A DNA stretch of 64,000 nucleotides from a virus. The notes under the pieces were generated by a model. The model saw only the letters and a program-made list of their open reading frames with translations, did no database searches and was not told where the DNA came from. The stretch spans positions 1-64,000 of IMG/VR virus record IMGVR_UViG_3300044816_000098; one strand, given 5' to 3'. Positions 59,906 to 64,000 of this stretch are shown here, piece after piece (positions within the stretch are counted from its first letter, which is position 1; each line of letters opens with the position of its first letter). The translations under genes and the position numbers were made by a program.

Positions 59906-60227
59906 GCGCCCTGCCCCCGAGGGGGAGCCCGGCTACTGGGACCAGCCCGATCCCCTGCTCCCGGCGCACCTGGATACGTTCTCCCTGTTCGCCATGAACG
60001 AGACCACGATCTCCCAGATGCAGCGCATGGGCTGGGAGGAGGAGCACGTGGACCAGGTGCGGGCCTCGATGGACTCCGTGTACGTCCGGTACCGCGAGGA
60101 GCTGGCGGAGCAGTACATGAGCTACCCGGCGCACCTGAGGGCCCACCAGTGGTTCATGAGGGACTACCTCCCGGCCATCCAGTTCTGGCCCGACGGAGGG
60201 GTCCTGGACAGCTCCCACCCCCGGTAG
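59898..60227 (+). CDS. hypothetical protein
   Basis: Overlap with upstream gene, followed by hairpin 60245-60282. Confidence 0.6.
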   Translation: MFERPAPEGEPGYWDQPDPLLPAHLDTFSLFAMNETTISQMQRMGWEEEHVDQVRASMDSVYVRYREELAEQYMSYPAHLRAHQWFMRDYLPAIQFWPDGGVLDSSHPR

Positions 60228-60392
60228 AGCCCCTGCATGACCCCGAGGGCCCGTCTGCGTAGTGAACGTCAGACGGGCCCTCGAACATGTCTTAGGTTAC
60301 TACAAGGATTCTTGTGGTAGGCTCTACCAAGAATTGTACGAGGGAGGTATTCATCCTCATCTCGTTCCCCGTAATCCCCTGAGGAGACTCAC

Positions 60393-60557
60393 ATGAACCA
60401 CTACGGATCTCTGGCACACACCGGTGTGGGCCTGACCATCGCTGGGGTGGTGCTCGACCAGACCTGGCTGATCACCGCTTCTGTGGCCCTGGTCGTGCTC
60501 GGTGCCCTGGTCGTGCGCGTCACCTTCCGCCGCAACCGCACCGTGGACAGCATCTGA
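60393..60557 (+). CDS. 54-aa protein with LAXTG-type sorting signal (not in ORF track)
   Basis: GAGGAG RBS; MNHYGSLAHTG, hydrophobic stretch, RRNR tail; TGATG coupling to GT2. Confidence 0.75.
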   Translation: MNHYGSLAHTGVGLTIAGVVLDQTWLITASVALVVLGALVVRVTFRRNRTVDSI

Positions 60558-61975
60558 TGGCCGCTGTACCCACTGCGACGTTCGCGGGACCTGGACGGGT
60601 CGCAGCACTGACGCTCATACCTCTGGTGGGCTTCATCGCCTGGGGGATCTACCACGCGCTGGCCGTGACCCAGGCGTTCGAGGGACACGGCAACAAACTC
60701 GCCACCGCGTGGGCTGTGTCCTTCCTGCTGCTGTGGTGGGTACCGGTCGCGTGGAGAGAGAAGCCCCTCACCGCGACACCTCGCCAGCAGAAGGCGCTGG
60801 ACCGACTCTTCGTCACCGTGCAGATCCCGGCCTACAACGAGGAGGAGAACGCTCTTCGCCAGTGCATCCAGTCGCTCTTCGACCAGACCCGGCTTCCGAA
60901 CCGGATCCACGTGGTGGACGACGGCTCGGTGGACAAGGCCCAGGGCGTCCCGATCACCTACGACGCGGTGAAGGACTGGTTCCTGACCACGGCGTGGGAC
61001 CTGGGGATCGAGGCCACCTGGGTGCGTACGGTGAACCGGGGCAAGCGGCACGCCCAGATGGAGGTCCTGACGGACGATGACGGGGACATCTTCGTCACCC
61101 TGGACAGTGACTCCGTTCTGGACCGCCAGGCGCTCAGAGAGGGCCTCAAGCCCTTTGCCGACCCCAAGGTGATGTCGGTCGCGGGCATGGTCGTGGTGCT
61201 CAACAGCCGGGACAACCTGCTGACGTTCATGACGAGCATGCTGTACCTGCCCTTCACCCGGGGATTCCGCTCCGCACAGTCGGTGCTGAAGCGGGTCATG
61301 GTGAACTCGGGGACGCTGGCGTTCTACCGGGGAGACGTGGTGCGCAAGCACGCGGGCTCGTACGAGAACGAGAGCTTCCGTGGCAAGCCCATGCAGATGA
61401 ACGACGACTCCATGCTGACCTTCTACGCGATGCTGGAGGGGGACACCGTCCACCAGCCGTCGGCTATCTGCTTCACGCTGGCGCCGGTGAAGGTCAAGCA
61501 CTACCTGAACCAGCAGTTCCGCTGGATGCGGGGGACCTTCGTCCGCACCTTCTGGTGGTTCCGGTACCTGTCGCCCACGAGCATCGCGTGGTGGATGCCG
61601 GTTATGGAGATGGCGCAGCTCCTGCTGTCGCTGATCATCCCGATCGCGCTCATCACGGATCCGGCCCAGGCCGGGAACATGTGGAACCTGGTCCAGTCGA
61701 CCATCTGGGTGGGGCTCGGGGTCAACTACGTGATCGCCCTGAGGTTCTTCTCCATCGACCGGACGGACGAGTCCTTCTGGTTCCGCATGGCGCTGTTCCT
61801 CACCTCGCCCCTGACGGGCATCTGGCGCCTGCTGGTGCTGCGTCCCATGTACTTCTACGCTCTCGCCACCTGCTGGAAGGTCGGCAAGTGGGGGACGCGG
61901 GAGACCGTCGAGGTCGGTATGGCCCCGGTGGATCAGCCCGTCGTACCGCTCGACAAGATCAACACCAACGCCTGA
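60557..61975 (+). CDS. processive GT2 glycosyltransferase (hyaluronan synthase/NodC/chitin synthase-like)
   Basis: IPAYNE, VDDGS, GKRHAQ, LDSDS, NDD, QQFRW (QxxRW); N- and C-terminal TM helices. Confidence 0.9.
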   Translation: MAAVPTATFAGPGRVAALTLIPLVGFIAWGIYHALAVTQAFEGHGNKLATAWAVSFLLLWWVPVAWREKPLTATPRQQKALDRLFVTVQIPAYNEEENALRQCIQSLFDQTRLPNRIHVVDDGSVDKAQGVPITYDAVKDWFLTTAWDLGIEATWVRTVNRGKRHAQMEVLTDDDGDIFVTLDSDSVLDRQALREGLKPFADPKVMSVAGMVVVLNSRDNLLTFMTSMLYLPFTRGFRSAQSVLKRVMVNSGTLAFYRGDVVRKHAGSYENESFRGKPMQMNDDSMLTFYAMLEGDTVHQPSAICFTLAPVKVKHYLNQQFRWMRGTFVRTFWWFRYLSPTSIAWWMPVMEMAQLLLSLIIPIALITDPAQAGNMWNLVQSTIWVGLGVNYVIALRFFSIDRTDESFWFRMALFLTSPLTGIWRLLVLRPMYFYALATCWKVGKWGTRETVEVGMAPVDQPVVPLDKINTNA

Positions 61976-61983
61976 GGAGAACC

Positions 61984-62432
61984 ATGCCGAACAGTGAAGA
62001 GCACCGGGCAGACCTGTGGGACGCGCTCGCAGATCTGGGGTCCGAACGGAAGACCACCCTGTTCAAGAAGCGGCTGTGTTTCGAGGACAACAACGAAGCA
62101 CTCGACCTGGACCCTGTGGTTCTCGCGGCATTGGAGGAGACCCTCACGGTTCTGATGAGCCGCGCGGACGCTCAGTCCTATCTCCATGAGCGAGTGCTCC
62201 TAGCCAAGCGCTTCGTGCCCAAGGTCGACTAATGGGGGAGAGGCCCCCTGAGGACTTCTCTGACCCCATCGCGGTGTGGAACGACTCCCAGAGGACCCCG
62301 GGGACTCCCTGGGGCGTCTCAGGGGCCATGTGGGGCCGTCTGTGGGAGTATCCCGGGGCCTTCTACCTCTTCGGCAGGGTCTACCGCTGGGACACGGTGG
62401 ACGGACGGCTGAGCCTGACGAAGAGAAGGTGA
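61984..62432 (+). CDS. two small hypothetical genes (61984-62232, 62232-62432)
   Basis: GAGGAG RBS; TAATG coupling. Confidence 0.5.
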
Positions 62433-62512
62433 GGAAGGGGCTTGTACTCCTGCAATCGCAGGAGTAGAGTCTTACTCAGCAGCACAGCACACCGACTCTC
62501 CGGAGGATCACC

Positions 62513-62824
62513 ATGGCGAAGAAGATCACTCGCAAGCAGGCCGAAGCCGTTCTCCAGTCCGTCGAGGCCCAGTTCGCCCGGTACATCGAGCCCGGCTACG
62601 GCCCCAAGCTCATGGACGAGGACTGGGACGAGGGCTTCTGGGCGATCGTCTGGGAAGAGGGCGCTCCGTACGAGTGGACCCTTGCCGCCGAGGTCGGTGG
62701 GACCGACGAGGAGCTGAGCGTTCTGCGGGGAGAGCGCGTGGACATCCCCGCTGCGGCCTCCTGGCCCAAGGGCGTCTTCGCGGAGCCGGTGAACAACTGC
62801 GTGCTGGGCCTGTACCCGGCCTAG
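62513..62824 (+). CDS. hypothetical protein
   Basis: Promoter 62442 and RBS motif. Confidence 0.75.
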   Translation: MAKKITRKQAEAVLQSVEAQFARYIEPGYGPKLMDEDWDEGFWAIVWEEGAPYEWTLAAEVGGTDEELSVLRGERVDIPAAASWPKGVFAEPVNNCVLGLYPA

Positions 62825-62862
62825 AGCCCGACAGCCCGGCGGGAGCTGTGATCCCGCCCCTC

Positions 62863-62979
62863 GTCCCCATAGCTCAAGAGCCCCCAGCACATGCGGCCCT
62901 GTAAGGGTGGCTGTGGGCTCTGGCAGAGCAGACGCCTCCCCAGGCGCCACAGATGCAGGTTCGAAGCCTGCTGGGGGCT
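62863..62979 (+). tRNA. atypical tRNA-Gly-like RNA (8-nt anticodon loop CTCCCCAG, 43-nt insertion in D loop)
   Basis: Acceptor GTCCCCA/TGGGGGC, TA-GCTC...TGGCA-GAGC D arm, T arm GCAGG-TTCGAAG-CCTGC, U discriminator, no encoded CCA. Confidence 0.6.
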
Positions 62980-63013
62980 CTCAGAGCCTTTCTCGGACTC
63001 CCTGGAGGATCCC

Positions 63014-63742
63014 GTGACCGTCAAGAACCTGCCTCTGCACGCCAACAGCCATCAGGTCACGCAGGAGGGGACGACCGAGGTGACCGTTTTCTTCACCAAG
63101 CCCATCCCCGGGATCGACCCGAACTTGTTGAGCGGCATCTACAACACCTTTGGATGCCACTGGTGTGGGAGGCGCCCTCCGATGCGGGTGGAGGACGACG
63201 GGGTGTACATCGACGAGGCGTGCACCGTGCCCGAGGGCATCACCACGGTGATCCACCTGGAGGTCCCCTCCGGCACGATCATCGTGAGGGACGACCTGCG
63301 GGCCGTGTACGACGTGGACCGCGACGACCTGGCCGACTACAACTCCGTCCTGGGGCAGGCTCAGTACGTCGAGGCCATGGCCCAGCTCGGTTGCGCGTAC
63401 GGCCCGGTGGGCAACTCCTGCCCCGACCTGTGGAAGACCGGCAAGGACACGTACGTCATCGGCAAGATGCCGTACGACGAGGAGACCGACGAGCAGATCG
63501 TCACCCCGCCCGGCTCCGTCAAGCTGGCGGGCGTCTGTACCGGCCTGTGGGCCTACTCCATCGCTGACTACCAGGATTGGCTGTCCAAGGGCGGCGAGAC
63601 GGTCGAGGAGCTGGGCTGGACTTCCACGCTGGTGGAGGTGCCCCCGGGCACGTACCAGTTCACCCTCCACTCGGGGGAGAAGGGCTTCGACCACTGGGGC
63701 GAGAACGGAGTGATCTTCGCCGACGTGAAGAAGGTCGCCTGA
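63014..63742 (+). CDS. hypothetical protein
   Basis: GACTCCCTGGAGG RBS motif plus GTG; GC3 bias. Confidence 0.7.
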   Translation: MTVKNLPLHANSHQVTQEGTTEVTVFFTKPIPGIDPNLLSGIYNTFGCHWCGRRPPMRVEDDGVYIDEACTVPEGITTVIHLEVPSGTIIVRDDLRAVYDVDRDDLADYNSVLGQAQYVEAMAQLGCAYGPVGNSCPDLWKTGKDTYVIGKMPYDEETDEQIVTPPGSVKLAGVCTGLWAYSIADYQDWLSKGGETVEELGWTSTLVEVPPGTYQFTLHSGEKGFDHWGENGVIFADVKKVA

Positions 63743-63816
63743 GGGTTGACACTACAAGAATCCTTGTAGTAGCGTTCCTCTTGTCACCACGCAGCACCGA
63801 CTCCCCGGAGGCCACC

Positions 63817-64000
63817 ATGGCAACCATTACCCAGCTTCGTTCCGCCGCCAAGCAGGGCGCGACTCTCATCGTCACCAGCGGCGTGTACGAGGGCGAAGAG
63901 GTCTACTACAGCCCCGATGGTGACGAGCTGCCGTGGCGTGTGACCGGGAAGACCTGGCTGGACCGGGTGCACTCCAGCCAGGTCGAGATCGTGTTGGAGC
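63817..64000 (+). CDS. hypothetical protein (3' truncated)
   Basis: Promoter 63746, RBS motif, ATG, frame open to window end. Confidence 0.65.
   Translation, partial: MATITQLRSAAKQGATLIVTSGVYEGEEVYYSPDGDELPWRVTGKTWLDRVHSSQVEIVLE

Noticed and set aside
1-64000. Prophage boundaries, integrase, transposase or structural gene module
   Set aside because: None recognised in this window; lifestyle and virion morphology cannot be determined from it.

Overview
A high-GC (about 70% by eye) segment of a large actinobacteriophage genome with essentially all real genes on the + strand. The gene set resembles Bxz1/E3-type actinophages; Streptomyces-style promoters and a LAXTG signal suggest an actinomycete host (inference). 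1-21.7 kb is a replication/recombination block: DinG helicase, metallophosphoesterase, 5'-3' exonuclease, DnaC-like loader, DnaB, primase, J-domain protein, SSB, DnaE, RecA, resolvases, Cas4-like nuclease and a sigma-like HTH. 21.7-28.8 kb holds a DUF932-like gene, the large terminase and a polyvalent ART/NTase/2H protein. 28.8-64 kb is a long run of small accessory genes organised as cassettes. About 22 copies of a sigma70-type promoter containing a 22-bp palindromic operator occur in the window, usually followed by a GACTCC-N2-3-GGAG ribosome-binding motif. The main finding is at 56.2-58.2 kb: a stand-alone RAMP/Cas7-like gene followed by 8 non-coding units of (GGY-NN)8-13 pentamers, most closed by a GC hairpin. 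This is a candidate RNA-guided system with a non-contiguous code, and it matches my unverified recollection of recently reported phage VIPR systems. One unit decodes, in NNx codon phase, to a ParA-type Walker A motif. Also notable are a tRNA-Gly-like RNA with an 8-nt CCCC anticodon loop and a 43-nt D-loop insertion, and a LAXTG mini-protein coupled to a hyaluronan-synthase-like GT2. All product calls come from motif recognition by eye; no database searches were run.
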